Source: Bugula neritina (taxonomy: Eukaryota; Animalia; Bryozoa). Taken from it: a DNA stretch of 64,000 nucleotides. The first letter of the stretch is position 1; each line of letters begins with the position of its first letter. The notes under the pieces are model-generated. The model did not search any database. It was not told where the DNA came from and saw only the letters and a list, made by a program, of their open reading frames with translations. The stretch spans positions 9,310,581-9,374,580 of the forward strand of contig OZ037767.1 in NCBI GenBank assembly GCA_964035545.1, in the 5' to 3' direction. Positions 1-56,284 of the stretch are shown piece by piece. Position numbers and translations under genes: made by a program.

Positions 1-3000
1 TTCTCTATCGGCAGCAGGTCATAAGACATAGCCTGGAAAGTCAGCTCATGCAGAAGAGGGGTGACGGGATCAAACCCTCTATCTATTATAATTAGCTGGG
101 ACCTTTCTTTGTTAGGACCCTGAGTAAAGCAGAACAAACTGACTTCATAACAGTTTAAATTAACCTCAACTGTTCAAGTCTAAGTATTGTACAATTATAA
201 CTCACATCTCCCATTGAAGGATCATCTGCCTTGTACGCCACCAGCTTCTGTTGGACCAGCTGTGCAAACTCTCCATTCTGGTCAAAGTGTGCTCTGTACC
301 TGCAAAACATAATTGTAAGTCAGTCACATGACATTATGACCCCATTCAAACACACCGACAAAATATATTTCATGTAATGGCATACCTGATTGCTCTAAAT
401 CAGGGATGTCCAACAGGCCCAGAGCCGGACGTGGCCCCCCCAGCCTACATTTATGTGGCCCTCAAAGGCATAAAACTAAAATTATTTTTCACACGTATAT
501 ATATTCGAGTGAAAAACCACCTATATATTCCGTGTGATAGCATACCAGATTGCTACAAAATATAGCGTCACAACAGAGCGGCTACATTATGGAGCTAAGA
601 TAGAAAGATACTTACCTAATAGAAGGAAACTCACGAAGAGTTGCACACAGTGTAGCTATTTGTTCAGCAGCTCTCTCCAGACAATTTATCCTGTTCAGTT
701 CTCGGTTGGGTGAATAAAATGCGTTGAAAACAGTTGGGCTGCCCAATGTAAAAACCTTCAACATAAATGTATTACTCAACATTATCTAAACTAGAAATGA
801 ACCAAGTATGAAATATCTGTAGCTGGCAGCTGGTATATGTAAATAGTTTTATCAAGATGGACAAATCTGGAGCTACTAGTTTACCTGCAGCAGAACCATC
901 GATGAATCAAAATTTAAAATCAACTTTTGAGACTAAAAAACGATTATGTAATAATATTTTAGCTAAGTCAGTTACTGCAGACTAATGTACTTGGTTGTAG
1001 TAACTATTAGCCAAATTGCATATATACAAGCATACATAATATATATGATAAGTTTTAACGAAATACATATAAGATAACTGCAAAATTAATTACACAGGGA
1101 AAGTGGGAATATAAATAGGAGATATCCCACTGTATGTGGCATAGAAAGTCACAGCTGAGCCTAACAGCCAAATCAGTTGAATACTAGAATCAATATGCAA
1201 GAGATCTGGCACATTCAAGTATTGATTGCTCACGTTGAATAGATAGTCCAAGATCAATAAATTCAGTACACAGCAAACAGGTTATTCTAAACATATAGAA
1301 TCTTGTCTAATTCAAGAAGTTACAACAAAGCCAATGGAAACCATGGAAACTATGCTATAACCCATATGAAACCCGAGAGAAGACTAGAAGTAACACTTGG
1401 ATGTAACTGGCAATTAACTGTATGCTGTGTTGACTGTTGCTATCACAGTGATAATTTCATCTAACTGACTCTACACTGGCCTTACATACAGTAAACTACT
1501 ACACACTGCAAATTACTGCTCATCTATGCTGACTCATTCATACTGGTCAAAGCATACGTGTTCCAATTTTACAACTCATAAGCAGCCAGCAGAATAAAAG
1601 TATAGCCAGTATGGCGTATGCTAATAATATAATAAGGGTAGAACTGCAAAAGATTCACTGTGGAAGCTAAAACCCCATTCAAATACGTCATGAGTCTCGA
1701 CACTTCCAACTTACATTTAATACATTTATCAAAATAGTAAGACTTACACTAGCTACATGTCAAATAAAGAACTCACCCTTCTTTCGCATGGCATGAAGGC
1801 ACAGTTGATTTCCTTTAGAGTTTTGATAGCCTTGTACTTAGTTGCTGGATGTCTGCACATGTCTGTGAACAACTGATCCGGGCAAGCTTCAGTAAAATAG
1901 ACGTGTGCCGCTCTGTACGTCCATTTACCATGTTCAGCAAAGTCCGACAGCAGCTGACTCACACTCTGCAGAAATAAAGAGTCTCGCTGAGCAAACCGGG
2001 GAGGGCAGACTGAAATATGTACTGTTGATGACCATTACATCCAACCTACCTCATTTGTAGGAGTGATCAAGTATATAGCGTCGAGCTGTGGTAAAGGTTC
2101 TCTCACTTTAGCCAGGTTCTCTACAAGTGTTATACCTTCAGCCATTATCTCATGCATCTTACAGCATGCCGAGATCATTCTCGTAGACAGTTTATCCAAC
2201 ACCAAAACCTGAATAACATCGATAAGCAGTGCATTTAATGTTTATTTCATAAGGAAACAGCTAACAAGTCTGCACGCAGTGCAATGATCACAAGTGTGAT
2301 TTGCTGATGGGAATATGGTGTAGCAGGTCAAAAGAGTGCACACCTATAAATGAATTTGCATGAGCTTATGGACCACCTAGTGCAGCATAAGAGAGCTGCA
2401 GCTATTGAAAATATGCCTAGAAATAAAACTAAACTGTACTCGGCTAAAAGACAGTTCAACAACAAATCTGGTTCTGGCCTTATAAAATTTGCATTTTCTT
2501 ACAATATTCAAACTAAGTGTGAGTGAACACATTAAATGTATAAGGCTAAAATATCTTGATACAACAGAGGAAGCTGTGCCTTTGATCATAAATGAGAAAA
2601 TCGCATCAGAAACATTCAAACACAAGTAGGGTTTTGATATATCATACCTTCCACTGACTTTCTTTATATTGCTGTCCAAGGGCTCCATTTGGAGTGCTAC
2701 TACTCGAGTACTTGTGTGGAGTAATGATTTCTTTAAATATTTCTGAAATGGTCATTTTTAAATTTCAAATTATATTCATATGCATGTTTAAGGACATACA
2801 AAAAAATTATATGATTAATTTATCAAAAAAAAAACAAAAAATTCAGTAATGATCATTTGAGATAAAAAAATCTAAAAGGCATTTATTCTAACAGTTTTTA
2901 GATAATTATTATAAAATATATTTATGTATAAAATAATGTTAAATGATAATTTTTCAGTTGGCTACCACCAGCTTTCATCAAAGTAAATAATTCTGAAATA

Positions 3001-3875
3001 AACAAGAAACTAACTGCCAAAATGCAATATATGCACACCAAAATACAGTTACACTTCAAAACATAAAAACTAGCTACTTAAAATTAAACACTCTGACATC
3101 ACACAAATATATGCCTAAACAATAACAATGTATTAAAGCAATAAAAGTTATAAGAAATGCAGTAAAGTACACAATTTACTAACAAAAATTATATACTAAC
3201 CACGAACATACAAAATTCCAGCATAAGACAACATTTCACAGGATCCCAAACATGAAAATTTTATTTTAACATTATCCCTCTGATGGCTGGTGGTAGACAG
3301 TCAAAATATCAATTTAAAATAACCTTAATGTAATTGTATTGGCTGAATTTTTGTTTACTTCTTCTAATTATAAAGAGGCAGGAAATTTTCTCCGTAGTAC
3401 TTGTAGCTGTAGACTTAATGCTTAATAAAGTAACTATTATTATAGTTAATACTATAACTAATATTATAACTTATAGTTATACATATAAGTTATTCTAATT
3501 ATATTTATTGCTTATATTTAAAAAATTATAACAAAATTATAAAGCTTAAATCAATACTAATACCAATAGTAATAGCAGTATAACAGTAACTATTGACAAT
3601 TACTATTATAGGATCAAATTTCAAGTTAATAGAAATATTAAATTAAATATATAAGTTAAATTATTATTAATTATAATTGTTGCCATGGTCAGCGCTAATG
3701 CTATGGTAATCTAACACCCATAACAAATACAATATTTTCACTATAATTATTAGTACCATAATATCTTACTATTTATCAAATCAAATACCGTAACACTAAC
3801 AGTAATATCTATGCAATTATGAATTATTATTATGCAATCCTTACTGTCTCGAACTGATTCTTGCAAAGAACCCAT
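1..3875 (-). CDS. STXBP1: Sec1/Munc18 family syntaxin-binding protein (Munc18-1/ROP/UNC-18-like), N-terminal 7 coding exons; gene continues beyond the window start
   Basis: Exons on minus strand with GT-AG ends and matching phases: 3875-3845 ([10 protein letters not shown]), 2742-2648 (KIFKEII...SQWK), 2208-2050 ([53 protein letters not shown]), 1965-1777 (...[14 protein letters not shown]...[14 protein letters not shown]), 755-616 (...[22 protein letters not shown]), 299-206 (...[18 protein letters not shown]), 119-<1 ([39 protein letters not shown]). These match hallmark Munc18-1/ROP motifs. Confidence 0.96.
400..465 (+). mobile_element. Terminal fragment of a hAT (Charlie/Buster-like) non-autonomous element
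   Basis: cagggatgtccaac...ggccc...gccggacgtggccc...tgtggccctc resembles the usual CAGGGGTGTCCAA terminus with GGCCC subterminal motifs; GC-rich island in an AT-rich intron; other end not found. Confidence 0.5.
2935..3320. mobile_element. Degenerate MITE-like inverted repeat in Munc18 intron 1
   Basis: ctaccaccagc (about 2962) and gctggtggtag (about 3285) are reverse complements, within about 60 bp of imperfect inverted similarity. Confidence 0.45.
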
Positions 3876-4329
3876 CACCAGTTGAGTTGGTAGAAGCTTA
3901 AAGTTGATTGTTTCAATATGAATATGTATTTCACTTTCAGCTGCTTCTCACTCCTTAGACGTAGTCTCACTCTTAGAGTAACTGCAAGTGTAACAGTAAC
4001 ACTAACTCAAACTGTGATTGTCAATGTCAGACTAAGTGCAACTGCACGAGTTACACTTACGGTAAGTGTAATTGCTACACTCTCACTCTGTTAGACTTAT
4101 TCCTAGTATTGTTATTGTACTAAGACTAGTAAGACTCTTAGTAAGAGCAACTGTTGAACTTGATATTACTAGTATTACTATTAGTATTAGTGTTACTGTC
4201 ACTTTGCTATACTGATACTCAGAGATAGTTAAAGTTTTACTTAGAGAATCTCAACCTGAACCTGAGGCAGAACTGTAACACTAATACTAACTCAAACTGT
4301 AAGTGTAAGTCAAAGTGTAAGTAACTTAC

Positions 4330-5002
4330 CAAGTTACTAAGTGTAACTGCAAGTGTATCTCAAAGTCAAACTCAAACTGAAACTGACTATCTTAAGTCTG
4401 CAGTAGCGATCAGAGTTTTTAAACCACTATGTCCCCTTTCTTAAATTCTATCACAAACCAATCGCGGATTACATGTAATCATTGAACCAGGTTTAATATC
4501 CTATGGGAAATACAACTATAACTCCAACATGATGATGATCCGTAAGTGTAACTATAACTGTAAGTTTATGTGATTCACTGAAGGAGGAGCAAACATTGCC
4601 TCAAAATCAATGCGATTTCCGGTTGGAGGCTGTAATTCTACAATTTAAAAAAATATTTACACAAACAGACAATTATTTAAAAAAAATGATTTTATAAAAA
4701 AAATTAAATAATACTAATTTATTCAAAAAGTTATCAAGAAAAACCTTTTAGCTGTGCGGTTATAATTTAATAGAAAGTGGAAAATTAAAGATGCTTAGAT
4801 GTAGCCAATGGTCTAATAGCCCAAACATTTGTTGCAGACTGGAGGCTAAAAATAAAGGCTGCAGCACTGAGCTGGAATAGAATTAGTATTATTGAGTTCA
4901 TTGGGCTGCAGCGATTGCGTGTAAAACTATAATAATAATTTTAATTATAATTTCAACCAAGCTGAAAGGCTGTAAGGGCCACCTTACAGAGCTCGTCCTG
5001 AG
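4330..5002. promoter_or_regulatory. Probable bidirectional promoter between Munc18 and VPS13, including a likely non-coding VPS13 first exon ending at 5002
   Basis: Genes are head-to-head. CCAAT/ATTGG motifs near 4459, 4805 and 4900; donor-like CTGAG|gtaact at 5002/5003; acceptor ttcatatag| at 7279 just before the VPS13 ATG. TSS positions not determined. Confidence 0.5.
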
Positions 5003-7287
5003 GTAACTTGATTAAGATATACTAATTTACATTTCTAAGACTAATTTACTTATAGTTATAGGAATTTTTACTTTATTTTACATTTTCATTTTGAGCTGGG
5101 TGTCCGTGTACTTCAACTTGTACTACTACTTGTAGTCAGCAGACTGCAGTCACTGAAAGTGAATCACTGTCGCTGTCAGTACGGTGACACTGACTGAGCG
5201 AGTAGAACTACTGCAAGTGCAAGAAGTACTAGTAGTATAACTTGAACTACTACGTCTACTCACTACTGACATTGTACTACTACTAGTAGTACTACTACTG
5301 TACTAGTAGTAGTACTAGTACTACTATTACTATTAGCAATTAGACGTAATGGTAGACTTAAAGTTAGTGAGTTAGTCTAAATAAAAATATTTTACTCGTA
5401 GTGTTACCTAGAATTACTTATACTTATAGTTATAGTAATACTATTAGTATTAATGTACTGTCTGCCGTATGGGTTACCTTAAACCTACATAATCATATTG
5501 ATGATCAAAGTCAAAATGATTTAGATTGTGAGTAACACTCACTGAAAATCATAGTTATAAATACAATGACAATACCTAGCCCTATCACTATCAATATTAA
5601 TATGAATGTCAGTGAGTAATTCTTATTTTACCGCTAAAGCTTAGTGCAAACTTTGATATTAAAATATGGATAGCTAAAAATGGAAATATATTGGACCAAT
5701 TCTCCAGCACCTGTGTCAGCAGTAGTCAGAGCAAGTTTTTACAATTTTTATCACCATTAAATATGATTGGTTACAGCTATATTATATTATTTCATTGTTG
5801 GCTAATTCCCAGTCATTGAAAGCAAATCTAGTTCCACCAGGATTAGTGCATGAGGTAAATAATTACATAAATGCAGCCGTTCTAGTAACAAGGATTTTTC
5901 AAGACAAATTGAGTGAATGGAAATTTTTGGAAGAACATGCCAGTCTATTAGATTTAAAAATAGCATGCTTCCAGCAGTAAAGTATACAAATAAGCAGTAG
6001 ACTACGTAAAGACATGCTTAAGATTTGGGTTGAAGTTAGCCCTTATAATTTCATTTTCAGTCTTGTCCACCCTACTTTGTCAAAATGACACTATAAATGC
6101 AGCTATTGGGAGCTATGTTGATGACATTTTTGTTTCTGTGGAAACATTTATCAAAATTTAGGTTGCTAACCAAGAACCTGCAAAATTGAATAGCACTAGA
6201 GTTTCACGCTTAAGAGACCTCTACAAATATAAACCTGGACAGTAAATTGTATAGCAGGCAGTCAGGTGATGGAATACAATCATTAGTTCTAGTGGCTGCC
6301 TTGTAAGCATAATAGAGCTGATTTTCATATGCGCCTGTATACAGTATACAAGTGGGCAATTACCTGTAGCAGGTGGCATGCATTTTTATGAAAAGGTTGA
6401 CACGGTCAAAGTTATGAAGTGGTGCTGTTTATGAAACATGTCTGGAAACATTGAGCATATTTTGGAAAGAATATCCTGTAATGGAACCGTGGCATGTGTC
6501 AAATACAGATTTAAGCACAATATACTAGTAGCATAGCAGTGGGAGTATGTTTGGAGATTAGTAGAAGATGGGTAAACGGATAAGAAAGTGAGTTTATTTA
6601 TTTATAAAACAACTCACCTGGGTTTATAGTCACCATCTCTGTGGGAGAAAGTTTTTCTTAACAATCATGATTACTTTTAACTTTCCTACAATTGCTTATA
6701 TAATTCTAATAAATTTGAGTTACTCTGATTTCAATATTTTGGTAATAAGAAATTAATTTTTTTCTCACCTGTCTCCGCTTTGTCTTGTTCGGGTAGCGGG
6801 TAATGAAAAAATTAAATGTCAAATATTATTTCAATTTATTAGTCATAAACAGTTTTCATATAGCTGAGGTAGCTAGAATTGATAAAAAATTAGAGCAATA
6901 GCAGTAATTTTTATTTGGTTTACAGCAAGTTGTTTCATAGCAGCTTTTTGGAAAATGAATTATTGTAAAAGTTAGTTGGGCAAGCACGTGTTAGTGAAAT
7001 TTTCTGGTCATAATTTTATCAGGTATGCATGGTGTTTATAACATTATGTCAAGTAAATAAATTTTGCTTTTTATTAGTTTTAAGAATTGCAGCAAACACC
7101 AGTTGCTGTTGAGTGAATTACTACCTTAGCGTAATGGTAAACATGGATATATACATATATTCATAATTATAGTTACTGTTTTGCTGGTATAGTTTCATTC
7201 ACTGTTAGCTCCTACTCCAATTTTAATGTACACCCAAGGTCAAGTTGGTTATTCTTACGTATGTCTTGTTTTCATATAGCAGTGACA

Positions 7288-51007
<43,720 letters not shown>

Positions 51008-51255
51008 TGCACTAAAATTTCAAACTCTTTCAATTTATTAGAAACAATGGCTTATTCAACAACAAAGCATAATCTAGTTCTATTTTATTACAGCAAATAT
51101 AGCTCTGAATTATATTGTTTTATAAAATAATTTATATTACAAAATATTTGTGTATGATAGAATGTTATTGTGTGATTATATATTTTCCTAGAATATGTGT
51201 TGCAATTTAATTCTTGTAAATGGTGTGCTTCGCTCATAATATAAATTTATATTTC

Positions 51256-51261
51256 AATAAA
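51256..51261 (+). terminator. Candidate VPS13 polyadenylation signal AATAAA
   Basis: AATAAA about 250 nt after the stop codon, followed by a T/GT-rich tract. Confidence 0.45.
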
Positions 51262-51363
51262 CTCTAATATAATTTTGTGCATGGCATAACAACTCGTTTA
51301 TAGTTTTTACAACCTATAATACATGCCATATAATCTCAACAATTTGGCCAGGCACATTGAACA

Positions 51364-51761
51364 CTACCATTGTCTACCTATGGCAGAAGGACTTGCTCTA
51401 ATTGGCATACCTCTGCCTCCGCCCATCATTCCTCCGCCCATCATTCCCCCGCCCATCATCCCTCCGCCCATCATTCCCCCGCCCATCATCCCTCCGCCCA
51501 TCATTCCGCCACCCATCATGCTACTTGGTGTGGATCGAACACCTCCGGGCATAGACCTAGGTCCTCCCATCATACTAGGTGTGGCTCGAGGTCCTCCCAT
51601 CATACTTCCATGCATAGTTCGAGATCCACCCATCATACTGGGTGTAGCCCGAGGTCCTCCACCCATCATACTGGGTGTAGCCCGAGGTCCTCCCATCATC
51701 ATACTAGGTGTAGACCTAGGTCCTCCCATCATCATACTAGGTTGTGCACCCATCATCCCAC
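51364..51761 (-). CDS. Terminal exon encoding Gly/Met/Pro-Arg low-complexity repeats
   Basis: Acceptor tgattttag| at 51762; open frame with (GGPR[AS]TPSMM)-type and (GGGMM) repeats varying mainly at third codon positions; GC-rich relative to flanks; ends RASPSAIGRQW-stop. Confidence 0.8.
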
Positions 51762-54700
51762 CTAAAATCAATAGCTTTATGGTTTTGCGAGTTTCACAAT
51801 AATTGGTATTTTGGTATTATTACAAGAAAAAGCAAATGAAGTTGATTTACTTGCTGTAGAGGACACAAAATACCATAAGTGTATCATTCTACAAGCAAAC
51901 ATAACTTACTGTCACATCTGGTAACTACAATATGCTTTCTTGTTGAACAGTATCCAGGAGGATGTGCTAATTGTGCAAGGATACTAAATACTGTAGACAA
52001 CATGTTAATACTATACCATCTCTATATACTCATATTACACCATAGATATACCACCTCTATAATATACTACCGATACATTTACTGTATAACCACTCACTTG
52101 GTGACATAGCAGAGGGTCTATGACCTATAGAAGCTGATGGACCCACGGTGTAGGATGCATCTAATGTTCTACAAGTTTATAATCCGGAAATAGTTGAAGA
52201 TGAACATGTTTAGCATGAAGACTACTGCTGTGCAGTTTAGTGGTGCAACTTGTATATTAGAATAAGTAATCTCGGGCATTTGAAAAGTAGTAAATGAAAT
52301 GGTAAATAATTATATGAAATAACCAATTAGTTAATTTGAATAAATCATATCATGAAATGTACATTTAAACAAACAGTATAACATTATTTTATCATATTGG
52401 TTTAATGTCAATTCTTTTTTGTTTCACAAACAAAATTTGTTTCTAAATAACACATTGTATGTGTGGCAGTTAGTGTAATAAATAAATTTGCTCATGCTGT
52501 GCAGTTTGTTGGAAAAAAGAGTTATTTTAAGGAAATGAGACTTGTCTTCTCAATATAGATTAACTAAAAATTACACTTTTCCAAAATGCTATTTTTAGGA
52601 CAGGAGTTTTGAAAATGTATTTTTAGCTTCACTCTAATAAGTTGTAGATTTGTGTTATTTGTTGCAATAAAATAAAATAAAATATTCTTTTCTTACTCTT
52701 ATTTAATCATAAACACTCTAATGAAAGCCATCCATATTAAGCCTATCAAATTTTCTACTATTACAAAAACCCCATCTTCAAGGTGGCCAATCAAGAATGA
52801 CTCATTTCAAGTTTGCTTTCAAACCCACGGATGAAAAGTTACAGTTACAAACTCTTGCATGCACGCATAGCAGACTGTCTGGGAGTAGGCTGCACAATTA
52901 CTATCATTTCCTTAATTATACACACTAACACTATAATTACTTCTTCAGAGGTTGTCAACAGAATCTGTAGATATTTGTATCGAGACACGATTACACTTTA
53001 GCATACCAGAGCATTAACGTAATATTACTGTAATTATACGCAGCACCCTGAATTTCTGTATTGTGTAAATAATAATATTGTGTAACTCAGGGTATAACTG
53101 TAATGTATTATGCATAAGCAGTTGAAAACTTGTTATATATACGTGTATAGCTTACGCATTTAGTGCGCTATCCACTGGTTTCACATCTGGGGAGTTACTG
53201 AGGAGACAAAACACGCCTCCTAAGCACATGAGTAGGATGATTGTTCCGATTGCTATAAAATTAAAAAAGTTTAGATGCAAGCAGTAGAATCACTAGATAT
53301 ATATATATATATTGCTGTGTACACTGCAAGCATGGTGTATTTGACATAACACATAATACCGCGCAGTAAACATATTACCTATGCATTGTAGCGACAATAC
53401 TAAGTTGCTTTAACACACTGAATAAATATAATGTAAAATCCTATAAACCAAAATAACTTTTATGTAAATATCATAACACGCAAAAAACTATATTAGTATT
53501 TTTGTAATACTTACTAGCCCCAATAATGTACCCATAGTACAATTCAAAGAAGTTGGCAGCTAAAACACAATTAGTACATATGTATATCAGCATACTGTAA
53601 TTTCAAGATGCTGTATTGTAATAGTAGCTGCATATAATTTTCCTATATCATCATCTAATAACACAACAATCGCTTTAAATGTATTCACTCAGTTCTTTAG
53701 CAAAGGGCATGATTAGGTGTACCTAATACCCCCTTAGACGCACTTTAAAATATCAGCCAATTTTACAAATGTCTGAGCTTTTTGTACAGCGTTGCGATAT
53801 GTCAGGTTCAAGCACTGCTTGACTCAAAAAAGTTGCATCGGGCTCTTATTGGACAGAAAGACGCTCGCGTCAACTCAATGGATATAAATGTCCAAAGAGA
53901 TGTCATAGATCGTACCCAATAGCACACTTGAGAACTTCAGCCCGGACACATTAAAGATGGCTGACATTTTACGTTACGGCTTACGATGCAGCAAAGTGGG
54001 TCTAGGGGGTTGTAGTTACAGTTGCCTAATCTAGTCAAAATGTGTGGTGACCTCATTTTTACCTTTAATCATAAATATGAATTAGCGCAAATTACTCTTA
54101 ATGGTACTTATGTATTTTTTATCATTTGTCGTAGCTTGAATGATAATTAATATGTTTTCTGAAAGAAAACATATAGAAATTAAGAGAAATATATTATTAA
54201 TTATTGGAAAAGTTTATTTTACAGTAGCAAAAGCACTACTACCACTGTAAGCAACGATATTGACTTTAAATTAACCAGAGAAGTGTAATAAGCAAATGCT
54301 ATCACTATGACAATAGTCTAACCTTTACAGTTCTTGGAATCAACTGGTACTCTTTTTGAGAAGCATAGACATCTATATCCACCGTCAGTGTTTTCACATA
54401 TGTCACCACAAACTGGTGGTGTTGTGTCGCACTCGTTTACATCTGAAAGGCAACAAGGTGTATTTTTGCAACTCATCTGTTATTAAACAAAATTATTTGT
54501 AGTTATTTATACCACACAACCGCGCGCACACACATACACACGCACGCACGCACGCACGCACGCACGCACACACGCACACACGCACACAAACATGTGGAAG
54601 ATGAGTTAAATTAGAGCATTAACTCTATTTTTCAAATTTTTAAAATTTAAATCTAAATAATAACAAAGTCTAATAACTTTTATTCCTTATTTTAAAATCA

Positions 54701-55061
54701 GAAATTGGAGATTTTAGTAGAACAAAAAACCACTTATTTTGGTACAACATGTAAGAACACTTTTGCTAATTATACAATGACTGTACATCATACCTCTACA
54801 ATGTATATTTGAAGTTTGACTAAAGGCATAGCCTTCCGCGCATGTGCAGGTTGATGTATTGTTAGTCTGGGAAGAGCAAGGCGTTCCTTTAGATGCCGTT
54901 GCGTGACAAACGCAACTGACTACTTTTGATGAAGAGAGTGGGCAGTTTTGACACATCTCTCCCAATCTTCTCACAGTACCTTCCCTAATCGACGCCACCG
55001 AATTCACAATAGGCCAACAAGTAAATAGCAGCAGCAAAGCTGCATTCAATTTTCGATTCAT
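51364..55061 (-). CDS. Uncharacterised probable type-I membrane protein: signal peptide, Cys-rich module, calcium-binding EGF-like domain, probable TM helix, Gly/Met-rich low-complexity C-terminus
   Basis: Exon 55061-54794 (MNRKLNAALLLLFTCWPIVNSVAS...CTCAEGYAFSQTSNIHCR), 54442-54323 (DVNECDTTPPVCGDICENTDGGYRCLCFSKRVPVDSKNCK, cbEGF consensus), 53559-53515 (ANFFELYYGYIIGA), about 53399-53379, about 53219-53156 (GGVFCLLSNSPDVKPVDSALNA), 52168-52098 (TLDASYTVGPSASIGHRPSAMSP), 51761-51364 (GMMG/PRATPS repeats, TAG). Phases join. The middle small exons are the least certain part. Confidence 0.7.
53728..54010. mobile_element. MITE (about 283 bp) in an intron of the EGF gene
   Basis: TIRs acccccttagacgcacttt / aaagtgggtctagggggt plus subterminal inverted aaaatatcagcca / tggctgacatttt. 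Confidence 0.7.
54323..54442 (-). CDS. Calcium-binding EGF-like domain exon (phase 1-1)
   Basis: 120-nt symmetric exon, ttcag|...|gttag, encoding DVNEC-x6-C-x3-C-x-NTDGGYRC-x-C-x10-C. Confidence 0.9.
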
Positions 55062-55687
55062 AATTTTATGACATTTTTCACTAATGCGTTTAACAAATAT
55101 TTTTGATTGAAATTTTTTTAGAGAAAAACTAGCTTTACATTGTTAAAGTGATTGTTGCATGATTGATTAATATTTTCTGATACTTGATAAGTACTAAAAC
55201 AATCATTAACTTTTAGAAAATTGAAATTATTTAGGAATATTTTGAATATGAAGTGGTCGTGCAGACGTGTACTAGTGGCACTGTACGTGAAATATTTCTG
55301 ATTCATCTAAACAGTGCATTTACCTTATAGGCTGTAATTGTGTTTAAAGATTTAGAGTAGTACAAATATGATAAATCTGGTAATAAAGCTAATGAATATC
55401 ATGTAACACATAGTTTGCAATTTTCAAACAGTTTTTGCAAAATGTAGTTATTCTTTTAATTGTCAAATACTTTATGGGAGAAAAATAAACAACTACTAAT
55501 TATTAGCTCAATTAATACTCATATATAGCGTAGTAGTATTTATATAAAGTATATTATATTATATTATGTTATATTATATTATATTATATTATATTATATA
55601 GTAGTATTTAGTCACACTGAGGATAACTAAAAACAAACTCAATTAATTTGCTATAAGAATATTTATACAAGTATTTAAAAACAACAA

Positions 55688-55825
55688 TACCTTAGTATTA
55701 CCTTAGTATTACCTCAGTATTACCTCAGTATTACCCCAGTATTACCTCAGTATTACCTCAGTATTACCCCAGTATTACCCCAGTATTACCTCAGTAAAAC
55801 CTCAGTATTACCTCAGTATTACCCC
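55688..55825. repeat. 11-bp repeat
   Basis: cagtattacc(t/c) units, x about 12. Confidence 0.9.
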
Positions 55826-56248
55826 AAGCGTTATAATTGCACTACAGTGAACCATTTTAAACCAACTGTTGTGTGTTTATTTATGAAGACTTTCTAGAAT
55901 CGCATCTATCTACATATGTTTATAAAGTGGATAAGCGCCATAATCCATACTTTAGCTGCCCTGTTGTCAAACTCTATAAAAGTTCATCTATTGTACTATT
56001 GACCACATACGCTGTAGCTAATCTTGTAAACATTCATCACCGACTGCTTATAAATTTGCTTTTTACAAATTCTACTAATGCTCTAGTTGTTCTCAGTAGT
56101 TATATGAGCAAATAATATATGCAGTGTTGCCAGGGTGAGTACAGGACAGGCCAAATAATGCTGCATTTTCACGTCTTGCTGCCAGACATTTAGAGTAAAA
56201 CTGCCAAACGGTGTTATTACCAGGAGACCATAATATATCAACTTGGTG

Positions 56249-56284
56249 TGACATCAGCTAGGCTAGTTACAATGCTATATATAG
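56249..56284 (+). promoter_or_regulatory. Candidate core promoter of NPF-like gene 1 (CRE-like TGACATCA plus TATA box)
   Basis: TGACATCA at 56249-56256, then TATATATAG at 56276-56284, about 1.3 kb upstream of the first coding exon, which starts with a splice acceptor. Confidence 0.4.

Noticed and set aside
51323-51802. Plus-strand Pro/Ile-rich ORF (and the His-rich 51370-51765 ORF)
   Set aside because: Antisense shadow of the minus-strand Gly/Met exon, which has a proper acceptor and in-phase upstream exons
53379-53417. 39-nt version of the small exon in the EGF gene
   Set aside because: In the phase required by the upstream exon it contains a TAA stop; the 21-nt version fits but is itself uncertain
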